Assembly (NCBI GenBank): GCA_964459475.1
Contig: CAYWLN010000001.1
Coordinates: 6,137-70,136, forward strand
Source of the DNA: an uncultured Bdellovibrionales bacterium
GTDB taxonomy: Bacteria; Patescibacteriota; Minisyncoccia; Moranbacterales; UBA1568
Direction: 5' to 3'
DNA: 64,000 nucleotides
The notes under the pieces are model-generated. The model had not been told where the DNA came from. It was given only the letters and a program-made list of their open reading frames with translations, and ran no database searches. A program made the translations under genes and the position numbers. Each line of letters opens with the position of its first letter. Position 1 is the first letter of the stretch. This document shows positions 27,807 to 36,980 of this stretch, piece after piece.

Positions 27807-28808
27807 CTAGACTCGGTTCCATTTTACGAACCGAGCGACGTTCATGTCAAACCAAGAGGTCCGAATGACAGGCTCATGAACGTATTTCTCCTTGAGATAG
27901 GCATGGGTCTTTTCCAGCCCAACCTCAAGCGAGGTCATGGGGTAGTACCCAAACTCTTCGCTCGCCCGACTGATGTCAAGCACGATTTTTTGCACGTCAA
28001 AGGGACGCTTTTCCAAGCGCTTCATGCGAGGCATCGACTGGGTCGTTTTGGCGAGCATGAGGACGAGCTCAAAGAGCGCCACACCCCGGCCACTCCCCAC
28101 ATTGTAGGTTGAGTTCTTGTGCTTCTCGGCAAAGTTGTCCGCCATAAAGCCGGTCACATCTTTGACGTAGACATAGTCACGCACCGTGTTGCCATAGAGT
28201 TCAATCAGCTCATTCTTCATCATGTGCTTCATGAAGATCGGGATTGCCCCCTGGATACCATTCGGATCCTGGCGTTCACCGTAGGGATTGGCGATACGGT
28301 AGATGACGAAAGAGAGACCGTACTGACGTCGGTAAAAATGCAGGTGTTCTTCGATGGCGAGCTTGGTCACCGCATAGGGTGACATCGGTCGAGCCTGGGT
28401 CGTTTCACTCGCCACTTCATCGAGGGCATTGCCATAGACCGCACCACCCGAAGACGGATAGATGATTTTCTTGATGTTATGCTTCACGCACAAGTCGAGG
28501 AGCTGGAGGGTACCTTCGAGGTTCAGTTTGATTTCACGCTGCGGGTCATTGGCAGTCGAGGCGGGGGTACTGAGCGACACAAAGTGAAAGACATAGTCCA
28601 TACCCTTGAGGGCTCGGGACAGGTGGCGTTTGTTCAAGAAGTCACCTTTCTGGAATTCAATAATCCCCTTCAAATGGTTGAGGTTCTTGATGCGACCCTT
28701 GTGGAAACGGTCAAAGACGCGCACCTCATACCCGCGGGCGAGGAGGTCGTCGACGAGGTGAGAGCCGAGAAAGCCGTCACCACCAAGTACCACACATTTC
28801 TTTCCCAT
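27807..28808 (-). CDS. NAD-dependent epimerase/dehydratase (GalE-like SDR)
   Basis: 'VVLGGDGFLGSHLVDDLLARGYEV' Rossmann motif and a YxxxK catalytic region. Confidence 0.8.
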   Translation of the reverse strand: MGKKCVVLGGDGFLGSHLVDDLLARGYEVRVFDRFHKGRIKNLNHLKGIIEFQKGDFLNKRHLSRALKGMDYVFHFVSLSTPASTANDPQREIKLNLEGTLQLLDLCVKHNIKKIIYPSSGGAVYGNALDEVASETTQARPMSPYAVTKLAIEEHLHFYRRQYGLSFVIYRIANPYGERQDPNGIQGAIPIFMKHMMKNELIELYGNTVRDYVYVKDVTGFMADNFAEKHKNSTYNVGSGRGVALFELVLMLAKTTQSMPRMKRLEKRPFDVQKIVLDISRASEEFGYYPMTSLEVGLEKTHAYLKEKYVHEPVIRTSWFDMNVARFVKWNRV

Positions 28809-28957
28809 AAGAAAAGACCCATTTACTGATAACGGGTCATATTACACTATTTTTGCCATTCTGTCAAGGGGTATCGAATAGCTATTTTTTGGCTCTAATA
28901 AAGGGTATTAACGCCGATTTTACCGGTACTCGCTCGGAAACGAAAAAAGTTTTCGCT

Positions 28958-30340
28958 TCACTCGCTTCGTTTGGTAATAAGGGAAGAATAGAGGCTAGTG
29001 ATGGCCGAGAGGTAGGTCGCCTGGTCAAGCGCCATGACGCTCTCCCGGGCGTTTTTCTGGAGTTCTGGGAGAGATACAGTGTCAAGCGCTCGAATCTTGT
29101 CCGCCAAATCATGGGCATCCCCTGGCGTAAAGAGAAAGCCATTGTACCCGTCCTGTACTCGCTCAGGCAGTGACCCCACACGAGCCGCAATCACCGGCGT
29201 CCCAGAGGCGAGGGTCTCGAGGAGTGCATACGGTGTGTTCTCATACCATTCGGACGGGACGACGACCGCTCGGGCCGGGAGGAGTATCTTTTGCAGATCA
29301 TCCCCATACACCGGTCCCAGGAATTTCACTTTATCGGTGAGCGCCAGTGTAGTAGCGAGAGCCTTCAGTCGTTCTTCTTCTGGCCCAAAGCCGACGATCG
29401 AGAGAGTCTCGCCATCCTCGAGTTCGGCAAACGCCCGGATGAGCGTCCCTATCCCCTTTTCAGCTGAGAGCCGACCGAAATAGAGAAAATTCTTGCCAGG
29501 CTTGTCTGGAAGTGGCTTCGTGAGATCGGGAAGCGGGACGAGTGGCTGTGGGAGGAGTCGGATATCATAAGGGAAGCCCAGACGCTTGTAGGTATCGATG
29601 AGGAATTGGCTGAGCCCGATATAGGCCCCTACTTGGCCATAGGTACCGAGGAGTCGGTGGAGCCACTGTTCGACGACACACACGAGACTCTTGCCATACG
29701 AATCTTTGACACAGCGGTCGACGAGACAGCGGAAGCCTGACGCATGCTCCCAGATCTGACCCCTCACAAAGAGACTGTAATTCGGTGAGGCGAGTTTGTA
29801 GTCACAAAGCGTCATCACGATTGGAACCCCCTTCTTCTTGAGGGCCCAGATGATAGAGGGTGAGAGTTGGTGATAGGTGACAAAGAGATGGGCTACGTCT
29901 GGTTTGTACTCATCGATGAGGGCCTCGAGGTTACGCTTGGCCTCGGGGTTCCAGATGATGTTGCGCGCCACGATGAGCTTGTCCCAGAGTGACAACTGAT
30001 TCGCTTCTTCGTAGTCCACCTGCTTCACAAAGTATCGGCTCCACTCGGTCGACTCATTTTTGGGATGAGCCATGGCAAAAAACGCGACCTCGTGACCCTC
30101 CGCCCGGAGGAGTTTGGCCGTATCAAAATACAAACGCTGAGGACCGGCATACTGGCGATGATATTTGTCGATAAGGAGAACGCGCATATTTTGACTTTTT
30201 GGCTTAACAATGGCATTATACAATAAAGTATACCCAAAAACAATATGTCGCTCATCGAAACTATCGCCTATCGTATCTCGGCCTCGAGTCGAGCCAAGAA
30301 GTTCTCGCAGTTCCTCACGCTCATGGCGCCACAGCCCCAC
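28958..30340 (-). CDS. Glycosyltransferase family 4 (probable start MRVLLIDKYH at about 30186)
   Basis: C-terminal 'VVVPSEWYENTPYALLETLASGTPVIAA' EX7E motif. The upstream 50 codons look non-coding. Confidence 0.75.
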   Translation of the reverse strand: MGLWRHEREELRELLGSTRGRDTIGDSFDERHIVFGYTLLYNAIVKPKSQNMRVLLIDKYHRQYAGPQRLYFDTAKLLRAEGHEVAFFAMAHPKNESTEWSRYFVKQVDYEEANQLSLWDKLIVARNIIWNPEAKRNLEALIDEYKPDVAHLFVTYHQLSPSIIWALKKKGVPIVMTLCDYKLASPNYSLFVRGQIWEHASGFRCLVDRCVKDSYGKSLVCVVEQWLHRLLGTYGQVGAYIGLSQFLIDTYKRLGFPYDIRLLPQPLVPLPDLTKPLPDKPGKNFLYFGRLSAEKGIGTLIRAFAELEDGETLSIVGFGPEEERLKALATTLALTDKVKFLGPVYGDDLQKILLPARAVVVPSEWYENTPYALLETLASGTPVIAARVGSLPERVQDGYNGFLFTPGDAHDLADKIRALDTVSLPELQKNARESVMALDQATYLSAITSLYSSLITKRSE

Positions 30341-30904
30341 GAATCCATCGTGGATGTCGGGGTCAACACCACTGAGTACTCAGATACCGACAACTATCTC
30401 GAAAAGTTTTACCAACATCCCGAAAAAATTACTGCAGTCGGCATAGGAAGCGATACCGAAGTAGCCAGTTTCCGCGCCCGCTATCCGCTCGTCACAACAG
30501 TCGCAGGTGATGGTCGGGCTCTCACCTTTGCCGAGAATAGTTTTGACGTGAGCTACTCAAATGCCGTCATCGAACACGTCGGGAACTTTGACGACCAACG
30601 CCGGTTCCTCGCCGAGCTCTACCGCGTCAGTCGACGGGGCTATCTCACCACTCCCAACCGTCATTTTCCGATCGAGCTCCATACCCGCATCCCGCTCCTT
30701 CACCTCCTCCTCCCTAAGAAGAACTTTGGCCGCTTTGTCACTTGGATCGGTAAGGGTTGGGCAGCTGGCGACTATATGTCTCTCCTCTCCGTATCCGACC
30801 TGCGACAGCTCCTCTCGGACGTCGGTATCACCCACTATACCCTCATCCCCAACCGCTTCTGTGGCCTCGCCATGACTTATACCATCATCTGGCACAAAGA
30901 CTAG
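30245..30904 (+). CDS. Class I SAM-dependent methyltransferase (type 11-like)
   Basis: 'VDVGVNT' motif I and the 'FDVSYSNAVIEHV' region. Start may be downstream of the listed one. Confidence 0.7.
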   Translation: MSLIETIAYRISASSRAKKFSQFLTLMAPQPHESIVDVGVNTTEYSDTDNYLEKFYQHPEKITAVGIGSDTEVASFRARYPLVTTVAGDGRALTFAENSFDVSYSNAVIEHVGNFDDQRRFLAELYRVSRRGYLTTPNRHFPIELHTRIPLLHLLLPKKNFGRFVTWIGKGWAAGDYMSLLSVSDLRQLLSDVGITHYTLIPNRFCGLAMTYTIIWHKD

Positions 30905-30905
30905 T

Positions 30906-32258
30906 ATGTATTCACTCTCATCGATGAAAATCCTGCTCGGTCTCTCGGCCATCACCACTTTTGGGGCGATGCTCGGACTGGTCATTGGATTCTCACCCCT
31001 CCTCCCTGTGGTAGGAGCGGCCGGCATACTCGCTCTCTTTCTCCTGTTTCGGGCTCCTCTCATGCTCCTCTTTGCTCTTATTGTGGTCCGGATGTCACTC
31101 GACTATTCTTCGCAGTATGTGAGCCTCACGCTGTACCAGATTACCCTCACGCTTTCTCAGCTCCTCGGTGTTGGTATCGCATGTCTCGGATTCCTCATCA
31201 TCATCCTCAAGCGTCAGTATCTCGCTCGCTACCCACTCAACGCGCCCTTTCTCCTCCTCTTTGTCTGGGGCGGTCTCACCCTCTCGTATAGTATCGCTCC
31301 CGGGACCACTCTCTCCGAACTCCTCCGCGTCTTTGATCTCTTTGTCCTCGGCTTTCTCGCTTACGCCACGGTGCGTACGGCCGATGATTTCCGTCACCTC
31401 CTTCAAGCGTTCTTTGTCTCGAGTATTCTCCCTATCGGCTTTGGTCTCTACCAATTTTTCTTTCACATCGGTCTCGCGGATGAGAATGTCTCCATCCTCC
31501 GCATTTTTGGCACCTTTAGTCACCCAAACGTCTATAGTCTCTACCTCTTTGCTCTCGTTGTCTTTGGGACGCTCTACCTCACCCTCTTTGCTCGGACCAT
31601 GTGGCAGCGTCTACTCATCCTCACCCTCCTCGGCCTCTTTACCCTCATGCTCCTCCTCACCTTTGCTCGGGTGGCCTGGATTGCGCTCTTTCTCTTTGTC
31701 TTCTTGATCGCGCTCTTTCGCTATCGCCTGCTCCTCTTTCCACTTTTTCTCTTCCCCTTTGTCCTCTTTGTCTTTTCCCAGAGTTTCCAGGCCCGTGTGA
31801 GCGAGAGTCTCCGGTCTGACCCAGATAGCTCCCTCCTCTGGCGCGTCACGCTCTGGCAAGATGTCACCCGCTACTCGGTCCAAGAAGAACGTGCCCTCCT
31901 CGGGTCCGGTATGGATACCTTTCCTCGCGTCTCGGAGAGTCTCCGGGGTACCTCTCATGGCCCCAATGATCCGCACAATGACTTTGTGAAGTTCTTTATC
32001 GAGGGTGGTGTGGTCGGGGTCGGGGTCCTTGTCCTCTATCTCGGACTCATTGCTCGACTCCTTATCCGTGGTTACCGCATGAGTCGAGCTGGGAGCGGGC
32101 TCCAGATAGCATTTGGCATCATGCTCGTCTTCTTCCTCACCCTCGAAGCCTCGGCCCTCACCGACAATATATTCAAAAACACCCCCGTCCAGTGGCTCTT
32201 CTTCACGGCCCTTGGCGCCCTTCTTGCTCTCTCCGAAAGCAAGAAGAAACTTGAGTAA
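30906..32258 (+). CDS. O-antigen ligase / Wzy-like polymerase family membrane protein
   Basis: 10-12 TM protein with a large loop 'RVAWIALFLFVFLIALF...' typical of the Wzy_C (O-antigen ligase) domain. Confidence 0.65.
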   Translation: MYSLSSMKILLGLSAITTFGAMLGLVIGFSPLLPVVGAAGILALFLLFRAPLMLLFALIVVRMSLDYSSQYVSLTLYQITLTLSQLLGVGIACLGFLIIILKRQYLARYPLNAPFLLLFVWGGLTLSYSIAPGTTLSELLRVFDLFVLGFLAYATVRTADDFRHLLQAFFVSSILPIGFGLYQFFFHIGLADENVSILRIFGTFSHPNVYSLYLFALVVFGTLYLTLFARTMWQRLLILTLLGLFTLMLLLTFARVAWIALFLFVFLIALFRYRLLLFPLFLFPFVLFVFSQSFQARVSESLRSDPDSSLLWRVTLWQDVTRYSVQEERALLGSGMDTFPRVSESLRGTSHGPNDPHNDFVKFFIEGGVVGVGVLVLYLGLIARLLIRGYRMSRAGSGLQIAFGIMLVFFLTLEASALTDNIFKNTPVQWLFFTALGALLALSESKKKLE

Positions 32259-32374
32259 TAAAATCTATTTTGGATAAAAAAAGAGGAGCCCCAAGCGCAG
32301 TTGCACTTGAAACTCCTGTTGTTGAACCGCATCATTGATGCGGGGCTTGTGGCCTTGCCACCGGCGCCGGAAGC

Positions 32375-33013
32375 CTAGGCGGCGTCCTTGCACGCCTTGG
32401 CGTACTCCTCGGCGTCGTACTTGGCCGTCTCCTCGGAGGTGGCCGGACGCCAGGCACCATTGCCATCGACGTAGTAGACGGAGGCCTGTTGCGACTTGCC
32501 GGAGCAATGGAGCTGCTTGCGCACTTCGGCCGGGTGGGACACCCAGCTGATGTGCTTGCCGCTGTTGTCGCGGAGCTCCGGCGTCATGGCGATCACCTCG
32601 TTGCGGGCATCGGTTGCGACCTGGTGTCGGGCGACCCCCTTGGCGCTCACCGTCGAGCACGACATCTGGCTCCAGCCCTTGCGTCCAACACCGCGCCAGC
32701 AGAGCTTGAAGTTGGCCATGCCGCTGTTGTCGCCAAAGCTCGCGATGCTCGCGGTCTTGGCGGGGTCGCTCGTGTCGGGCTTGGCGGCCTCGACCTTGAG
32801 GCCAGCCGGCGCTGTCTCGTCCGAGAGAACCACCATCTTGAGGCCCGACGTCTTCAGAATCGCCGTTCCGGGCTTGCCCTTGACGTTCTCGATGACGACC
32901 GACGTGTCGCCGTCGCCGACCTGGTTCTCGTTCTTCTGCGAGGTGAACTGAGCCAGCGCCGGGAGGGCTGCGAGTGCCACGAACGTGGCGAAAATCCTGG
33001 AAATGATCTTCAT
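32375..33013 (-). CDS. Secreted hypothetical protein (signal peptide ...ALPALA|QF), in the GC-rich block
   Basis: 212 aa. High GC3 compared with neighbours. Confidence 0.45.
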   Translation of the reverse strand: MKIISRIFATFVALAALPALAQFTSQKNENQVGDGDTSVVIENVKGKPGTAILKTSGLKMVVLSDETAPAGLKVEAAKPDTSDPAKTASIASFGDNSGMANFKLCWRGVGRKGWSQMSCSTVSAKGVARHQVATDARNEVIAMTPELRDNSGKHISWVSHPAEVRKQLHCSGKSQQASVYYVDGNGAWRPATSEETAKYDAEEYAKACKDAA

Positions 33014-33035
33014 GACATGTGCTCCTGCACGGTTG

Positions 33036-33083
33036 GGAAAGTTGATTGCGTCTGTAAAATCAACTCACCCGAGTTGATAGATT
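33036..33083. promoter_or_regulatory. Imperfect ~20-bp inverted repeat (GCGTCTGTAAAATCAACT ... AGTTGATAGATTCACAGACGC), operator-like, just upstream of the 32375..33013 gene
   Basis: Read directly. Located 23-70 bp upstream of the start codon. Confidence 0.35.
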
Positions 33084-33446
33084 CACAGACGCGAGGAACT
33101 GATGCCTCCAATGTTCACCTCTTGCGAGATATTCACTGAAGGGTTCAGTATACACCCAAACGGCTCTTTTGTCAAGAGCAGAATAGGACCGAAAATAAGC
33201 CATGAATCATTATAAAAATGTTCAAGGGCAGTCGGTGTTAACCTCCTGCCCTTGTGTTTGCGACGTTGTCGCTGACTGCTTTACTCTCGTTACCTTCATC
33301 AAACCTCGTCGTGTACGTCGCATGTGCATGTTCTGCACCTTGGCGCGTAACCTTTTTATAGAACGTGAGAATTGCCCAAATGGTTTCTCAGACGCTAGAT
33401 GCTCCTAGGGAGCATCTACTTAGATGTTGAAGGTAGAGAATGTCTA

Positions 33447-35192
33447 TCAGTCTTGCGTTTCGTCGTCGGGCTCGAGCGGGGTCATGACAGCGCCGTTACC
33501 GAGCACAGCCGTCTTCCCGTCACTCACCTGGTCCAGGCGATAACCTTCACGACCGACTTCGACCAACTTGACGCCGTCGCACCACCAGCCGTAACCGGGT
33601 GCTTCGCCACCATGAAGGAGATCAAAGTCGAACCCTATGCCAACACCACAGACCCTGAGGGGGTCCGAGATGCCAAGGCGCAGATTGGCCGTCTGAGAGA
33701 ACGGGAGTTCACTGAAGAACCCTACCCGTGCCCAGAACGTCGCGAACTTCGCGTCGTAGATGTCCTGGTGGACACCGGCTTGAAGCACCACGCTGTGGCG
33801 CTCCAGTTCCGACGCGTCAGTCGGTTGCAAGAAGTTGCTCGCCGTGGCCCGCACTGAGGTCGGGATACCCACGCTGGCGTAGATGCGCGTTTCCGGCATC
33901 CACTTCTTGCCCGCCAAACGATTCGAGTAATCGTTGTAAGCCACCGAAGCGCCCACAAAATCGATTTCCCGTTCGTTGCGGTACTGTGCCTGGCTGAATG
34001 CCTGGTGCATGTGGCCAAAGAGCAGCTTGCCCTCTGCCGTCCAGCCCTTGTCGCTGATCCGCTCAACAGCAGGACCAAAGGCGAGTGATTGACCGTGAGC
34101 CCTTCCGGACCCAAAGTTCACGCGCACATCCCACCATGAGTTCTGGAGGCCGACACCCCACCCCGTGTAGCCGTCCCCAACCCGCTTGATGCAGTACAGG
34201 GCAGCCGTCACAAAGGTTGAGTGAGACACGTTGCCGTTGTCGTTCGGCTCATGCTCTTGTCCGAACACGAGCTTGGGATCAAGGAGGCAACGCCTCTCTG
34301 CAACCACCGTCTTCGGCGGGATCACCATGGTTGGGATGTCCTCATCCTCTTCTTTCGTCACCACGGGAGTTGACGGAGGGGTTTTCGGCGCCGAGGCAGG
34401 GGGAGCAGGCGGAGGAGGAGTCCTGGGCTTCACCGGCGTTGGCCAGGTCACCCAATTCTCGCATTCCCACATCCAGAGAACTGTCCGACCCGAAGGCAGG
34501 ACGAAGCGTTCTCCGAACACAGGACGCGGAACCGAATCCTCGTTCCATGTGGTACGCATCGGACCCAGAGTGACCGCCTTGCCATCCCGGCAAAACGTCA
34601 CCTGTTCGATACGAGTACCCGTCGGAATCAGCACCAAGCCTTCTTCGGCTGTGATGTTCTTCCGCGGGCCACCCTTGGCAACGTGTCGCCGGAGGTATAC
34701 CCTGTCCTCTTCTGAGAGACTGAGGGCACTCCAAGCTTCTTCGTTGATTGCCTCACGCGACTTCTTGCCACAATTGAGAAGCGGGGAACGACCGACGATG
34801 CTGTACGGGATTTCTCCCGCTTGCACGACCGACGCCTTCACTTCTTCAAAGCCGAGGAGCTTGAGTTGCTTCCCGGCCTTGATTTGGCAATGGGGCATGA
34901 GATCATTCAGCTTGCACAGGGCCTTCCAGTCCTGCTTGTGCTGCTTGGCGATGCCAATCATCGTCTGACCTGACTTGATGTCGTGAACCGGATTGGCCCA
35001 CGACCCCGCCACTCCGAAGAGAAGCAGGAGAGAGAGGAGCCACTTCATGGCGTTACTCCTTGTAAACGATTGAGGAACCGAGGTTGGGCCACGTGAGTAG
35101 CCCAAGTCCTGGCACGAATGCCTAACTTTTTGGCTACTTTCATTTCCTTTCCTAGTTACTCTTTTTCGCAAGGCAGTCCTCCTGAGTGGCAA
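33447..35192 (-). CDS. Secreted LysM-domain protein with Pro-rich linker and a large C-terminal domain of unknown function (probable start MKWLLSLLLLFG)
   Basis: Signal peptide, then the LysM-like segment 'DIKSGQTMIGIAKQHKQDWKALCKLNDL...IKAGKQLKL', then 'PTPVKPRTPPPPAPPASAPKTPPSTP'. The C-terminal half alternates hydrophobic and polar residues (possible beta-rich or barrel-like fold). Confidence 0.5.
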   Translation of the reverse strand: MPLRRTALRKRVTRKGNESSQKVRHSCQDLGYSRGPTSVPQSFTRSNAMKWLLSLLLLFGVAGSWANPVHDIKSGQTMIGIAKQHKQDWKALCKLNDLMPHCQIKAGKQLKLLGFEEVKASVVQAGEIPYSIVGRSPLLNCGKKSREAINEEAWSALSLSEEDRVYLRRHVAKGGPRKNITAEEGLVLIPTGTRIEQVTFCRDGKAVTLGPMRTTWNEDSVPRPVFGERFVLPSGRTVLWMWECENWVTWPTPVKPRTPPPPAPPASAPKTPPSTPVVTKEEDEDIPTMVIPPKTVVAERRCLLDPKLVFGQEHEPNDNGNVSHSTFVTAALYCIKRVGDGYTGWGVGLQNSWWDVRVNFGSGRAHGQSLAFGPAVERISDKGWTAEGKLLFGHMHQAFSQAQYRNEREIDFVGASVAYNDYSNRLAGKKWMPETRIYASVGIPTSVRATASNFLQPTDASELERHSVVLQAGVHQDIYDAKFATFWARVGFFSELPFSQTANLRLGISDPLRVCGVGIGFDFDLLHGGEAPGYGWWCDGVKLVEVGREGYRLDQVSDGKTAVLGNGAVMTPLEPDDETQD

Positions 35193-36030
35193 CCTGAATG
35201 TTGCGCACCAGAGAGATCGCCACGAATACCGGGATCAAGCCTGGCGAGACCGTGAACGATCCGCAGGAAATGACCCGGTCGGCCACCGAACTGAGGTTAG
35301 TGAACTTGCCCATGATCGTCTTGGCATCTTTGGTACCGGAGTACCAGATGTCATTGACCACCAGGGTTTCGCTGAAGCGCCACTTGAGATACGAAATGAT
35401 CGGATCGGGGCTCTTCAGCGTAAGAACCTGGCGCAGGTCAGAGGGGTGTTCACGGAAAAAGCCCGGGGGCAGTTGCCGCAAATCCTGACCGACTGGCAGT
35501 GTCACCATTTTCTTGCGCCCCGTCATGAGCCACGTGCCGTCAGACGACACGATGACCAGGTGCCCCCGGAGAGCCGAAGCCCGTTCCAGTGGCAGATTGA
35601 CGAAGAACATCCGGTAGTCAGGATGAAAGATTGCATCGAAGAGCTCGAGCAGCCTGCCATCCTCGTTGTAGAGCAAAGCGCGCTCTACTACACGGACCAG
35701 TGGCTTTGACACCACCTTGCCATCGACCTGCTTGGCCGGATAGACGCGCCCTTCATCGACCAGCTCGTTTTCCCACTTGAGAGGGAACGGCTCTGGCAAA
35801 TTGAATGGCGCTACGGCCAGCGTCTCGATGGCACTGACGTTGCCCATCAACGTCACATTGTGCCATGGCTCCTGACGCACTACTTCAGCCGACTTCGGCT
35901 GCACAGTGAATCCAGAACCCTCTTTGATGCTCGCACATCCCGAAAGGACAACGAGAGCAACGGAGGTTACAAGAACCCCCGTCAAACGACGAATACTGTT
36001 CATGTGACCTCCAGAGTGAAATGACATCAC
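35152..36030 (-). CDS. Lipoprotein of unknown function (lipobox LSGC)
   Basis: 'LVVLSGC' lipobox after a signal peptide. GC-rich. Confidence 0.5.
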   Translation of the reverse strand: MMSFHSGGHMNSIRRLTGVLVTSVALVVLSGCASIKEGSGFTVQPKSAEVVRQEPWHNVTLMGNVSAIETLAVAPFNLPEPFPLKWENELVDEGRVYPAKQVDGKVVSKPLVRVVERALLYNEDGRLLELFDAIFHPDYRMFFVNLPLERASALRGHLVIVSSDGTWLMTGRKKMVTLPVGQDLRQLPPGFFREHPSDLRQVLTLKSPDPIISYLKWRFSETLVVNDIWYSGTKDAKTIMGKFTNLSSVADRVISCGSFTVSPGLIPVFVAISLVRNIQVATQEDCLAKKSN

Positions 36031-36196
36031 GCCTACATCCGACCGGACATAAGCGTTTTAACACTAAACTGATAGACAGATTGTTAAACTACAACATTCG
36101 AATCTATCCTAGGAAGAAAGCAGTGGTGACGATAACGCCGCACCGCTCTCTTCCTAGGAACCAAGAGGGTTGAAGCTCTCAGTCTAGGAGATGGCT

Positions 36197-36859
36197 TTAG
36201 ACCATCGGGTCATTGAAAGGTACATGAGTGCCTCGGACGATCGTGGCACGAGATTCCTCCCGCGCGATCACAAAGAAGGCACTGAGGAGGAAGCCGGCAA
36301 CAAAGGCGAGGAGGACTACCTTGAGAATCTTGGCGACGTTCGGACTCTGTTCGAGGATCGGACCAGAAAGGATACGGATCTCGACACTCTTCTCATCACC
36401 ACTGCGGAAGAGAGAGTTGCGCTCGGTCAGCACCTGGGCGATACCGTCCATGATACGAGCGACATCGCGCTCTCGGTCACCCGAGACGGTCACACTGATG
36501 ATCCCGAGTTCGAGGTTCTTGTTGACGGTGACCATCTTCGACCAGGTGGCGAGACGCTCCTGCTTGTCGAACGGGAGAAATTCTTTGTTCACCTTGCCAG
36601 TCTCGACGAGGGCATCGATAAAGCGGTCACTGTAGACTGCTTCGGAGAGAATCTTGCCGAGATACTCGGACGACTTGAAGAGCGTATAGAAGTCCTGATT
36701 GTTGGCATTCGACTGCACCACGAGGAAATCCATCTTGGTCTGAAACGGCTTCTCGGTCACCATGAGACCAAAGAAAGACAGTGCACCAAAGAGGAGCCCT
36801 ACGATAACGAGGGCACCAAATTTAGAGCGGAGCAGTGCGAAAATGTTCTGATTGCCCAT
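36197..36859 (-). CDS. Wzz/CpsC-like chain-length determinant family protein (paralog of 21843..22853)
   Basis: Same topology as the paralog and shares 'TWSKMVTVNKN' with 'AWNEMVTVNRS' in it. Confidence 0.5.
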   Translation of the reverse strand: MGNQNIFALLRSKFGALVIVGLLFGALSFFGLMVTEKPFQTKMDFLVVQSNANNQDFYTLFKSSEYLGKILSEAVYSDRFIDALVETGKVNKEFLPFDKQERLATWSKMVTVNKNLELGIISVTVSGDRERDVARIMDGIAQVLTERNSLFRSGDEKSVEIRILSGPILEQSPNVAKILKVVLLAFVAGFLLSAFFVIAREESRATIVRGTHVPFNDPMV

Positions 36860-36935
36860 AGAGTAATATAGTATTTAACGACCTTATATATTACCAAAAA
36901 ATACGAGAAATGTCAATAGCTAGCCGAGATAAAGG

Positions 36936-36962
36936 AAAAACCCCTCATTTGAGGGGTTTTTG
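36936..36962. terminator. Bidirectional rho-independent terminator AAAAACCCCTCATTTGAGGGGTTTTT
   Basis: Perfect 7-bp GC-rich stem flanked by an A-run and a T-run. Downstream of the rseP stop. Confidence 0.6.
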
Positions 36963-36980
36963 GCGGTTCGGGCAAGAGAA

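Noticed and set aside
30187-30340. N-terminal 51 codons of ORF 28958..30340 upstream of MRVLLIDKYH
   Set aside because: GT4 homology starts at MRVLL. The extension overlaps the divergent methyltransferase gene region and is probably non-coding.
32335-33139. Long plus-strand ORFs (151-216 aa) and a 131-aa minus ORF in the GC-rich block
   Set aside because: High GC suppresses stop codons. Translations are Arg/Ala/Pro-rich and antisense to the secreted-protein gene with a clear signal peptide.
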